From a virus (Duplodnaviria; Caudoviricetes), in IMG/VR virus record IMGVR_UViG_3300014656_002176, positions 1-34,195 of that record: a stretch of DNA of 34,195 bases; one strand, given 5' to 3'. Position numbers and translations under genes: made by a program. This document shows, piece by piece, positions 18,598 through 26,967 of the stretch (within the stretch, counting starts at the first letter, position 1; the number at the start of each line of letters is the position of its first letter). Under the pieces are notes generated by a model, which saw only the letters and a program-made list of their open reading frames with translations, ran no database searches and was not told the DNA's origin.

Positions 18598-20274
18598 ATG
18601 TACGATTTATCTATTTTAATACCAGCCCGAAACGAGGAGTTTTTGGTCAGAACGATAGATGACATTTTGCAACACATAGAAGGTAATACAGAAATTATAG
18701 TCGGTTGTGATGGAAATTGGCCTGCCACTCCAATAAAAGACAATCCTAGGGTAACTGTTGTTCATGTTTCCGAGTCAATTGGCCAAAGGGCAATGACCAA
18801 TCAACTTTGCCGATTATCAAAAGCAAAATATGTGATGAAAGTAGACGCTCATTGTGCCTTCGATCAGGGATTTGACGTGAAGTTAATGGCTGATATGCAC
18901 GATGACTGGACTGTCGCCCCGATAATGAGGAATTTGCATGCATTTAATTGGAAGTGTAAGAATGGACATACCAGATATCAAAGCCCAAGCGGAGTCTGTA
19001 AAGTATGTGGTGAGCCGACGGAAAAGGACGTTGTTTGGATTGCTAAAACTAACCCTTCATCCACGTCGTATTGTTTTGACCCAGAACCTCACTTTCAATA
19101 TTTCAATGATTGTAAAAATAGACAATGGTACAAAGACCAAGGAGACCTAACTGAAAGCATGTCCCTTCAAGGCTCTTGTTTTATGTTGACTAGAGATAAA
19201 TATTGGGAGCTTAATATTTGTGATGAAAACTTTGGCAATTGGGGTTCTCAAGGAATCGAGGTGGCGTGTAAGACTTGGCTTTCTGGCGGAAGGGTGATAA
19301 TAAACCATAAGACTTGGTATGCGCATTTATTTAGAACTCAGGGAGGGGATTTTGGTTTTCCATACTTGCTAGGACAGGGTCAGATTTCAAATGCGAAAAA
19401 AACTGCACGGGAGATGTTTTTTGATGGGAGATTTAAAGGTGAACGACCAATTAGTTGGTTAGTAGAGAAATTCTGGCCAGTACCAAAATGGACAGAAGAT
19501 GATTTGAAAAAAATAGGTGGAAAAGTACCAGTAGTCGAAAAAACGTCAAGCACAGAGCCTATAGTGAAGCTATCAGGCACAAAAGGGGTCATATATTACA
19601 CAGATAATCAGTTAGATGAGAAGGTTATGAAAGCTTGTCAGAAACAATTATGGAAAAGTGCTTGTCGAGACCATAAATTACCAATAGTGTCCTGTTCTCT
19701 AAAACCGATGGATTTTGGTAAGAACAAAGTTTTTAAAGGCGAGAGAGGGTATTTGACCATGACTAAACAAATTTTAACTGCTTTAGAGGAGCTGGATACA
19801 GACATTGTGTTCTTTTGTGAGCATGATGTCTTGTATCCCCCAGAACATTTTGCCTTTACTCCACCAGATAGAAACACTTGGTATTACGAGGAAAACTATT
19901 GGTTTTTAAGACTTAACGATGGTTTTGCTATTAGTTATGACTGTTCACCTTTATCGGGATTGGTAGTTTACAGAGATATTGCTATTAAACATTTTAAAGA
20001 AAGAATCGCTTTAATGGAAAAAGACCAGTTTAAAGAGTTTTCTATGTTAAAGATAGGTTTCGAACCGATGACCCATGGAAGAATTAAGTGGGAAAATTCA
20101 TACCCCTTCAAGACTTTTTATTCTCCTAAGCCTAGTATAGACATTACTCATGGAAGTAATGTTAGTCGAAAAAGGTGGAGGATAGACCAGTTTAGACGTA
20201 AACCCAAAAGATGGCAGGAAGGCACGATTGATACTATCTCCGAATGGGATAATGTCAAAAGATTGTTGGGATAA
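18598..20274 (+). CDS. Two-domain glycosyltransferase: GT27-like N-terminal domain plus a second GT-A domain
   Basis: LSILIPARNE, KVDAHC, WGSQGIEVACKTWLSGGRV, YAHLFR; C-terminal IIYYTDN-like start and FFCEHDVLY. Confidence 0.85.
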   Translation: MYDLSILIPARNEEFLVRTIDDILQHIEGNTEIIVGCDGNWPATPIKDNPRVTVVHVSESIGQRAMTNQLCRLSKAKYVMKVDAHCAFDQGFDVKLMADMHDDWTVAPIMRNLHAFNWKCKNGHTRYQSPSGVCKVCGEPTEKDVVWIAKTNPSSTSYCFDPEPHFQYFNDCKNRQWYKDQGDLTESMSLQGSCFMLTRDKYWELNICDENFGNWGSQGIEVACKTWLSGGRVIINHKTWYAHLFRTQGGDFGFPYLLGQGQISNAKKTAREMFFDGRFKGERPISWLVEKFWPVPKWTEDDLKKIGGKVPVVEKTSSTEPIVKLSGTKGVIYYTDNQLDEKVMKACQKQLWKSACRDHKLPIVSCSLKPMDFGKNKVFKGERGYLTMTKQILTALEELDTDIVFFCEHDVLYPPEHFAFTPPDRNTWYYEENYWFLRLNDGFAISYDCSPLSGLVVYRDIAIKHFKERIALMEKDQFKEFSMLKIGFEPMTHGRIKWENSYPFKTFYSPKPSIDITHGSNVSRKRWRIDQFRRKPKRWQEGTIDTISEWDNVKRLLG

Positions 20275-20300
20275 GACCGAGAGAAAAGGTATAATTAATT

Positions 20301-23300
20301 ATGGCTTCAGCGGAAATCATAACCACAGGTCTTTTTAATAGCACATATCTCAAATCATATTATCGTTTTGAATCTGGGGCTTTAACTACAGATAGTAGTA
20401 GTCAAGGTCACACTTTGACGGCAATATCTGACCCAGCGGAGGGGGATGGTGTTTTTGGTGGGGCTGTTGATTTAGATGGTAATGACGGGTATTCAATTTC
20501 AGACCATGCAGATTTTAAGCCGACGGGCAACTTCTCGATTAATGCTTGGATAAAAAGCTCTACAACAGGAGCAATTCAGGCCATTTTTGCGTCATATACG
20601 GTTACACCAAATACCGCAGGAATTATGTTAGATGTAAATTCTTCTGGGTACGCAGTCTTGGTTTCAGGAAAAGATACTGGCACTCTTGAAAATACGGACT
20701 GGGCTCAGTGCGTGGGTACGGCAAGTGTTTGCGATGGTGGGTGGCACATGATTACTGGTACATGGGACGGAACGAATTTGAAAATTTACGTCGATGGTTC
20801 ACTTCAGACAACAAAGGCGTGGTCAAATGCCCCTTCGTATGACCCGACAAACGTCGTTCGGTTTGGTTGTCGAGACCCATTTAGCACTGGGGCAATTTCT
20901 TTTGTAACTGGGTCACTTGACGATGTGGCTGTTTTTAACGGGCTTGCCTTATCGTCTGACCAAGTAGCCAGTATTTATGATGGTACAATAAATTCAGTAG
21001 AATTAAACACTACTGGACTGTTGAATGATGATAATCTGGCTGGATATTGGAGATTCGAAGACAATTCATTGGACACAACCGAAAATAACAATGATTTAAC
21101 CCTTTCTGGTTCTCCGTCTTATGTAACTGGTTTTTTCGGAAAAGGACTAAATTTGGTTTTGTCTTCGGCACAATATGCTTACATATCAGATGGTTCACAG
21201 ACTGATTTAGATTTGTCTGGCGATTTTACAATCTCAGCATGGATAAAAAAAACCGCCACTGGTATCGGGTATATATGTGGTAAGTGGAACGGCACATCTA
21301 ACCAGAGAGCTTATTTGTTTTTTATAAACTCCGATAATAAATTGTACGTTAGTGTTACAGATAATGGTACTAACGACTGGTCTGGTGGACATGCAATCCA
21401 ATTAAAAAGTACGTCTACGGTGTCAACAGGCAGATGGACACATGTTGCAGTGACTTTTGACATAAGTTCAGATTCATGCACTTTTTACAAAAACGGTGTT
21501 GGTGAGGCAGGAACTTTGGTTCAGGGAGGTATAGGGACTACTGTCTATAATAGCACGGCAACTTTTTGTGTTGGTGCAAGCACAGAGGCAACTGTTGGGC
21601 TTGACGCAGTTTTGGATGAATTGGCTGTTTTTAGTCGAATCTTAACTTCTGACGAAATCGGAAGTCTTTATGACGGAACTATAAATTCTCCAAGTCCATC
21701 AGCCTCACCCTCAGCTTCTCCATCTTTATCACCAAGTTCTAGCGAATCTCCGTCTACTTCTCCAAGCCAAAGCCCGTCAGAGTCGCCTTCACCAAGCCCT
21801 AGTTCTTCTCAAAGTCCCTCATTGTCCCCTAGTTCTAGCTTGTCCCCATCTCTTTCCCCTTCTCAAAGTCCTAGTTTATCCCCATCCTCATCAAACAGTC
21901 CTTCCACCTCTCCCTCAAATTCACCGTCTATTAGTCCTTCTTCATCCAACTCTCCTAGTCGTAGTCCGTCATCCTCTAATTCTCCCTCACGAAGCCCAAG
22001 TTCTAGTATCTCTCCCAGTAATAGCCCAAGTGTTAGCCCTTCTTTGAGTCCCTCTAGTTCACAGTCTCCTTCAAATTCTCCCTCTACTAGCCCTAGTTTA
22101 AGTCCTAGTTCTTCAAACTCTCCCTCGCAATCTCCATCAGAATCCCCTTCCTTATCTCCGTCTGCCAGTGAATCTCCCAGTACTTCACCGAGCGAAAGCC
22201 CGAGTACAAGCCCTTCAAGTTCTATCTCCCCTTCTTTGTCGCCATCTGAATCCCCCTCTCTTTCTCCGAGTTCTAGTGAAAGTCCTTCTGAAAGTCCCAG
22301 CGAGTCACCTTCTTTAAGCCCTAGTAGTTCGGTGAGCCCCTCCGAAAGTCCTTCGGTGTCTCCTTCGCTTTCTCCAAGCTCTAGTGAATCACCATCAGAA
22401 TCTCCAAGCCTCTCACCCAGCAGTTCAATCTCACCGTCGGTTAGCCCTTCGGAAAGTCCTTCAACCTCACCATCGACATCAGTTAGTCCTAGTGAATCTC
22501 CAAGCCAAAGCCCGTCGTTAAGTCCTTCTAGTAGCCCTAGCAACTCTCCTTCCCAATCACCTTCACTATCTCCTTCAAGTTCGGAAAGTCCCAGTGAATC
22601 ATCAAGTGAAAGTCCGAGCGAGTCCCCGAGCTCATCAACTTCCCCAAGCTTGTCACCTTCTTCTTCTCAGTCACCTAGTTTAAGTCCTAGCGCCTCTTTG
22701 AGCCCCAGTTCTTCGCAATCACCTTCTACCAGCCCAAGTTCATCTGTTTCCCCGTCAAATTCTCCATCTAATTCTCCGTCTATCTCGCCATCTGTCTCGC
22801 CGTCGTCTTCGGCTTCACCTAGTTTGTCACCAAGTAGTTCTGTTTCTCCGTCTGAATCCCCGTCCGAAAGTCCAAGCTCGTCCCCATCTTCTAGCGTGTC
22901 TCCGTCAGAGTCGCCGTCTGTTAGTCCGTCAGTAAGTCCAAGTTCTTCGCAGTCTCCTAGTGAGAGCCCGTCAAACTCACCATCAACCTCCCCCTCATCG
23001 TCTCCAAGTGAGAGCCCCTCTAGTTCACCTTCTTCATCAGTCTCACCCTCTTTAAGCCCGTCTAGTAGTGTTTCTCCGTCGGAAATTTCTAGTGAATCGT
23101 CAAGCGTTTCCCCAAGTGAGTCACCCAGCCTATCTCCATCATCTTCAATTTCTCCATCCGAGTCACCAAGTGAGTCACCGTCAGTGTCTCCAAGTTCGTC
23201 AGAAAGTCCCTCCAAAAGTCCCTCTTCATCTGAATCCCCATCCGTTTCCCCGTCATCATCATTATCACCCAGTTCTTCGAGCAGTCCGTCTTTAAGTCCG

Positions 23301-23858
23301 TCATCTTCCGTGTCCCCATCAGCTAGTCCATCATCTTCTAATAGCGCCAGCCTTTCTCCGTCCTCAAGTACATCATCGTCATCTTCTCCGTCCGCCAGTC
23401 CTTCTATCTCTCCCTCATTATCACCGTCGTCTAGTGTTTCCCAGTCAGCTTCCCCAAGCGAGTCGCCAAGCAAATCACCTTCTTCATCAGCTAGCCCTTC
23501 GGGCAGTCCGTCTGTTTCACCAAGTGTTTCACCGTCCTCATCCACAAGTCCGAGCCAAAGTCCTTCTATTAGTCCGAGCCAATCCCCCTCAAGTTCTGTT
23601 TCTCCGTCACAATCACCTAGTGAATCACCAAGTTCATCGGCCTCTCCATCTCAATCACCTTCACTAAGTCCATCCTCATCATTCTCACCGAGTCCTTCAC
23701 CTAAGCAACAATGGTATGAAAAAAACAACACTCAGTTTGTCAGCGATCTCGGGGCTAAAGATAAATGGGAAAACAAAAACGATACGACCTTCCAACAACC
23801 GAACAATTTCAAATGGTATAATAAATTAACTAAAAATTGGATATATAAAAATGGCTAG
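20301..23858 (+). CDS. Putative virion fibre/decoration protein: 2x LamG (concanavalin A-like) domains + 672-aa Ser/Pro stalk + short Trp-rich C-terminus
   Basis: YYRFE/YWRFE, FSINAWIK/FTISAWIK, WHMITGTWDG/WTHVAVTFD, GSLDDVAVF/LDELAVFSR; no signal peptide; between the capsid and head-tail genes. Confidence 0.85.
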   Translation: MASAEIITTGLFNSTYLKSYYRFESGALTTDSSSQGHTLTAISDPAEGDGVFGGAVDLDGNDGYSISDHADFKPTGNFSINAWIKSSTTGAIQAIFASYTVTPNTAGIMLDVNSSGYAVLVSGKDTGTLENTDWAQCVGTASVCDGGWHMITGTWDGTNLKIYVDGSLQTTKAWSNAPSYDPTNVVRFGCRDPFSTGAISFVTGSLDDVAVFNGLALSSDQVASIYDGTINSVELNTTGLLNDDNLAGYWRFEDNSLDTTENNNDLTLSGSPSYVTGFFGKGLNLVLSSAQYAYISDGSQTDLDLSGDFTISAWIKKTATGIGYICGKWNGTSNQRAYLFFINSDNKLYVSVTDNGTNDWSGGHAIQLKSTSTVSTGRWTHVAVTFDISSDSCTFYKNGVGEAGTLVQGGIGTTVYNSTATFCVGASTEATVGLDAVLDELAVFSRILTSDEIGSLYDGTINSPSPSASPSASPSLSPSSSESPSTSPSQSPSESPSPSPSSSQSPSLSPSSSLSPSLSPSQSPSLSPSSSNSPSTSPSNSPSISPSSSNSPSRSPSSSNSPSRSPSSSISPSNSPSVSPSLSPSSSQSPSNSPSTSPSLSPSSSNSPSQSPSESPSLSPSASESPSTSPSESPSTSPSSSISPSLSPSESPSLSPSSSESPSESPSESPSLSPSSSVSPSESPSVSPSLSPSSSESPSESPSLSPSSSISPSVSPSESPSTSPSTSVSPSESPSQSPSLSPSSSPSNSPSQSPSLSPSSSESPSESSSESPSESPSSSTSPSLSPSSSQSPSLSPSASLSPSSSQSPSTSPSSSVSPSNSPSNSPSISPSVSPSSSASPSLSPSSSVSPSESPSESPSSSPSSSVSPSESPSVSPSVSPSSSQSPSESPSNSPSTSPSSSPSESPSSSPSSSVSPSLSPSSSVSPSEISSESSSVSPSESPSLSPSSSISPSESPSESPSVSPSSSESPSKSPSSSESPSVSPSSSLSPSSSSSPSLSPSSSVSPSASPSSSNSASLSPSSSTSSSSSPSASPSISPSLSPSSSVSQSASPSESPSKSPSSSASPSGSPSVSPSVSPSSSTSPSQSPSISPSQSPSSSVSPSQSPSESPSSSASPSQSPSLSPSSSFSPSPSPKQQWYEKNNTQFVSDLGAKDKWENKNDTTFQQPNNFKWYNKLTKNWIYKNG
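21687..23702 (+). repeat. Coding low-complexity (Ser-X)n repeat, 672 aa
   Basis: SPSxSPSxSPSSSx units; Ser at essentially every second residue; codons highly varied. Confidence 0.97.
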
Positions 23859-24528
23859 TAAAAGAAATTATCTTACAATCGCAGAACTGGAAGAATTTGC
23901 CGATATCACGGTAATAGATGACGATGAAGCGGAAGATCAAATATCGCAGGCGGAGGAATTAATTGACGCTTATGTCGGGTTTCAAGACAAGGCGATTGAA
24001 GTAGAATACAGGGGGATGGCGACGGGTGGCTCTACCACATCTTTGACACTACAAACTAAACATCAGAACTTGTTTCAAAAAGACTATTTTAAATACTGTA
24101 TGGTTGAAATTATAGGCGGAATTGGTCAGGGAGAGAGAAAGATGTGTCTTAGCAGTACACTGGCAGGAGTGCTAACCACAGAAGAATTTAGTGTGTCCCT
24201 AGATAGTACTTCTTATTATAGAATCTTTCAGTTAGGTAAATTTCCAAGATTAGAAGACGCTCATTTTGATAGTGAGAATGTGCCAAACACTTGGTACAAA
24301 TTTATTCCCGAGAAATTAAAAAGAGCGGTTGCCTGCCAAGTAGAATATAAAATAAACATGGGAGATAGTTTCTTTTCTACTAACAAGGCAAACATACAAA
24401 GTGAGTCAATTGGTGATTATTCTTATAGCAAGTCTGGTACTGGAAATCGTATCAATGATCTAATTGCCCCAAAAGCTAAAATGCTTCTAAATGGAATTAG
24501 GAACATTGTCGGAGAAATAGAGGTATGA
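23851..24528 (+). CDS. Head-tail adaptor (SPP1 gp15-like) with an inserted domain
   Basis: YLTIAEL, AEELIDAY, IPEKLKRAVACQ, SESIGDYSYS, AKMLL. Confidence 0.8.
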   Translation: MASKRNYLTIAELEEFADITVIDDDEAEDQISQAEELIDAYVGFQDKAIEVEYRGMATGGSTTSLTLQTKHQNLFQKDYFKYCMVEIIGGIGQGERKMCLSSTLAGVLTTEEFSVSLDSTSYYRIFQLGKFPRLEDAHFDSENVPNTWYKFIPEKLKRAVACQVEYKINMGDSFFSTNKANIQSESIGDYSYSKSGTGNRINDLIAPKAKMLLNGIRNIVGEIEV

Positions 24529-24854
24529 ATCCTGTAGGGTTTTTCAATCAAACAATAACAGTAGCTACAAAGACTGCCAACAATAGATATGGTAGGGCTA
24601 CATTTGGAACTGGCACTGACCAAAACGCTAGGTTTCAAAAAAAGAACAAAGAGAAGCTACTGCCAAACGGCCAGTTGGTTACTATTGAAGCAATTGTTTA
24701 TTGCAAGGGTTCTTTATCTATAAATATTAACGACAAGATAACTTACGGTTCGGACAATTATAAAGTCTATTCAAAAAGTGAAGCTATTGACGGAGAGGGT
24801 AACATTAACCATTTAAAGTTGGAGTTAATAAAATGGCTGGAAACTTCTACATAG
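24525..24854 (+). CDS. Head closure/stopper protein
   Basis: 109-aa beta-rich protein, NRYGRATF, DKITYG..YKV; position. Confidence 0.7.
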   Translation: MNPVGFFNQTITVATKTANNRYGRATFGTGTDQNARFQKKNKEKLLPNGQLVTIEAIVYCKGSLSININDKITYGSDNYKVYSKSEAIDGEGNINHLKLELIKWLETST

Positions 24855-25204
24855 AGTTAAATTTAGATGGTCTAAAGAGTGGTGTTGAGAGGTTGACGAG
24901 ACTTACCCGCCTAAAAAGTGGTGAGGCCGTTGAAAAGATTGCCAACGAAGTTTTAAGATTGAGTCAAGGAGAAGTACCCTTAGATACAGGGGCGCTACAG
25001 AGTAGTGGGCATGTAGAAAAAGGCGATAATGAACAGGAGAGGCTGGTGGGTTATAATAAAGTATATGCTTCGAGGTTGCACGAGAACCCTCAGTATAATT
25101 TTAAAAACGGAAGGAAGGGTAAATATCTTGAAGATCCTTTAAAAAACAACCTAAACATTTTTAAAAACATTTATACTAATTTAGTCGGAGACATCTTTAA
25201 ATGA
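24833..25204 (+). CDS. Tail completion/neck protein (HK97 gp10-like)
   Basis: VPLDTGALQSSG, YASRLHE, GKYLEDPL. Confidence 0.85.
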   Translation: MAGNFYIELNLDGLKSGVERLTRLTRLKSGEAVEKIANEVLRLSQGEVPLDTGALQSSGHVEKGDNEQERLVGYNKVYASRLHENPQYNFKNGRKGKYLEDPLKNNLNIFKNIYTNLVGDIFK

Positions 25205-25584
25205 GTCACTTAATTGATAATATAGCTGACTATTTAGCCAGCAACGGGGTAGGCACAGTGGCAACTAATATATTTGTTGGTACTTTACCAGATTCCCCAG
25301 ATACTTGTATTGCCGTTCTCGACACTGGTGGTTCTCAACCAGATCAGTATATACCTACAAAAGAACCTACTTTTCAGATTTTAATTAGAAGTACTGATTA
25401 TGATTTGGGTAAGACCAAACTCGATCTTATTAGATCATTACTTCACCAAAAAAGTAACTTACAGTTTGTCACTGGTGGCCAATATTGTTACTTTGTCCTT
25501 GCGTTAAGTGAGGGTGGGCATATAGGGAGAGATCTTAATGGTTTTGATATGTTCTCTATTAATTTTCAAACCAGAACTAGATGA
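25201..25584 (+). CDS. Tail terminator (phage minor capsid 3-like)
   Basis: IFVGTLPDSPD.CIAV.DTGG, PTFQILIRS, GRD.NG...FSINF. Confidence 0.8.
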   Translation: MSHLIDNIADYLASNGVGTVATNIFVGTLPDSPDTCIAVLDTGGSQPDQYIPTKEPTFQILIRSTDYDLGKTKLDLIRSLLHQKSNLQFVTGGQYCYFVLALSEGGHIGRDLNGFDMFSINFQTRTR

Positions 25585-25787
25585 TCGAAATCAATAATGA
25601 GTTATATAGGGAATTGAGATGTACTACTTGTCGAAAATTAATCTGCTACGAAAGAGTCAAGGGTAAAATCTGTTATATCTGCCCACGATGTGGTGAGGTA
25701 AACCATTTTAACTTTACTGATTTGAATGAATGGAAGAAAACAGGTAAAATAGAAGTGTTAAAAATTATTAAAAAAGAAGGTGAATAA
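25581..25787 (+). CDS. Mu Com-like zinc-ribbon protein
   Basis: RELRCTTCRKLI...ICPRCGEVN. Confidence 0.7.
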   Translation: MIEINNELYRELRCTTCRKLICYERVKGKICYICPRCGEVNHFNFTDLNEWKKTGKIEVLKIIKKEGE

Positions 25788-25789
25788 AT

Positions 25790-26299
25790 ATGTCTGATAT
25801 AACTAATGTCGAACTCGGTGTTTGTAGCGTTTCTTTCAACGGTGTTGATCTTGGTCACACCAAAGGTGGCGTCGAGGTTTCTTACGAACCCTCATTCAAA
25901 GACGTCTCAGTCGATAAATATGGCGAAACAGCAGTCGAAAAATATCTAATCGGTGAAAAGTTATCAGCCAAAATACCCCTTGCAGAATACACACTGGCTA
26001 ACCTAAAAGTGGGAATGCCTTTTGGTAGTAAGGCTGGTGCGGCCGACGCAAGATTAACTATTGGCGCAAATGCAGGTAAAGTTGGCTCTACAGAGGCAAA
26101 AGAACTTGTACTCCACCCAATTAGTGAAGGTACTCGAAGGCACGATATCGTGATTCATAAGGCCGTGGTTGCTTCAACCGTTGCCCTAAAACACATGATT
26201 GATGAAGAGAAAATAATTGAGGTTACTTTCGAAGCCCTTTTAGACGAAAGCAAATCTGATGGTAATTACCTTGGTTTCATTGGTGATTCCACCGCTTAA
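25790..26299 (+). CDS. Major tail (tube) protein
   Basis: LGVCSVSFNGVDLGHTKGGVEVSYEP, VTFEAL; position before chaperone and tape measure; AAGGTGA SD. Confidence 0.85.
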   Translation: MSDITNVELGVCSVSFNGVDLGHTKGGVEVSYEPSFKDVSVDKYGETAVEKYLIGEKLSAKIPLAEYTLANLKVGMPFGSKAGAADARLTIGANAGKVGSTEAKELVLHPISEGTRRHDIVIHKAVVASTVALKHMIDEEKIIEVTFEALLDESKSDGNYLGFIGDSTA

Positions 26300-26331
26300 T
26301 TTTTTATAAGTACCCTTAGTGGTCAGAAATT

Positions 26332-26706
26332 ATGGAATTAAAAATACAGAACTCAGTAGTGCAAATTAAAGTTATCCCGATAAGAAAATACCCAGACCTA
26401 TTAAAGAAAATAAAAGTATTGCCAAAATATTTTAATGATATTAGTGGGAAAAAGAATGACGAATTGTTTGAATTAGCCCCAGAGATTATTGTGAATTGTT
26501 TACCAGACGTTATTGCTATCTTTTCAGAAGCTACCAGCATAAGTGTAGAAAAACTGAATGAATATGGAATGAGCGACTTAATTGACATTTTTATTGCCGT
26601 TATAAAAGAAAATAGGTTTATTGAGGCGATAGAAAAGCTAAAAAAAGAGTTCACCCTAAAGGAGAAACCAAAGATAGAGGTGCAGAATACACCGTCTACA
26701 CAATAA
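26332..26706 (+). CDS. Tail assembly chaperone (gpG-like)
   Basis: Helical 124-aa ORF between the tail tube and tape measure genes; slippery site near its 3' end. Confidence 0.8.
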   Translation: MELKIQNSVVQIKVIPIRKYPDLLKKIKVLPKYFNDISGKKNDELFELAPEIIVNCLPDVIAIFSEATSISVEKLNEYGMSDLIDIFIAVIKENRFIEAIEKLKKEFTLKEKPKIEVQNTPSTQ

Positions 26707-26963
26707 TCGACATAATTTCTTCCGAGTATGGGTGGGACGCTATAAATGATATTGGCTTTTATGAGGGGGTGATTTTTTTGGATATTATTTCAGACAGACG
26801 AAAAGATAATATTATAATTCAGTCAGTAGCAACACAATCAGACCCAAAAGAACTCAGAAAAAGACTCTTCTCAGAAACAGACCACCCCGAAAGGTTAGAT
26901 GTTAATTCCTTTGAAAATTTTAAACGATCATTGGCGAAAGGAAGCCATCTTGGTGTAAAATAA
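26625..26963 (+). CDS. Frameshift extension of the tail chaperone (gpGT-like; fusion 26332-26963, ~210 aa)
   Basis: -1 frame reads KRVHPKGETKDRGAEYTVYTIIDIISSEYGWDAINDIGFYEGVIFLD...; includes track ORF 26769-26963. Confidence 0.75.
   Translation, partial: GDRKAKKRVHPKGETKDRGAEYTVYTIIDIISSEYGWDAINDIGFYEGVIFLDIISDRRKDNIIIQSVATQSDPKELRKRLFSETDHPERLDVNSFENFKRSLAKGSHLGVK
26640..26646 (+). promoter_or_regulatory. -1 programmed ribosomal frameshift site A_AAA_AAA
   Basis: CTA AAA AAA GAG in the chaperone frame; the -1 frame is open from 26625 to 26963. Confidence 0.75.
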
Positions 26964-26967
26964 GTAT

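Noticed and set aside
8470-20274. Host LPS/capsule locus joined by misassembly or transduction
   Set aside because: No wzx/wzy/ABC transporter or priming phosphoglycosyltransferase; same strand, overlap style and promoter pattern as the phage genes; phage gene order resumes intact afterwards. Read mapping would be the final check.
8470-20274. DNA hypermodification (base glycosylation) cluster
   Set aside because: Located in the late structural region with no hydroxymethylase, TET/JBP or nucleotide kinase seen, and the methyltransferases lack DNA-MTase motifs. Disfavoured rather than excluded.
21863-23545. Long minus-strand ORFs (226 and 292 aa, Gly/Glu/Asp/Leu-rich)
   Set aside because: Antisense shadows of the Ser/Pro codons; no independent signals. 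The same applies to 29102-29314 and 29384-29632.
21687-23702. Repeat region as a CRISPR array or DNA satellite
   Set aside because: No constant repeat with unique spacers; periodicity is at the protein level with synonymous variation; no cas genes.
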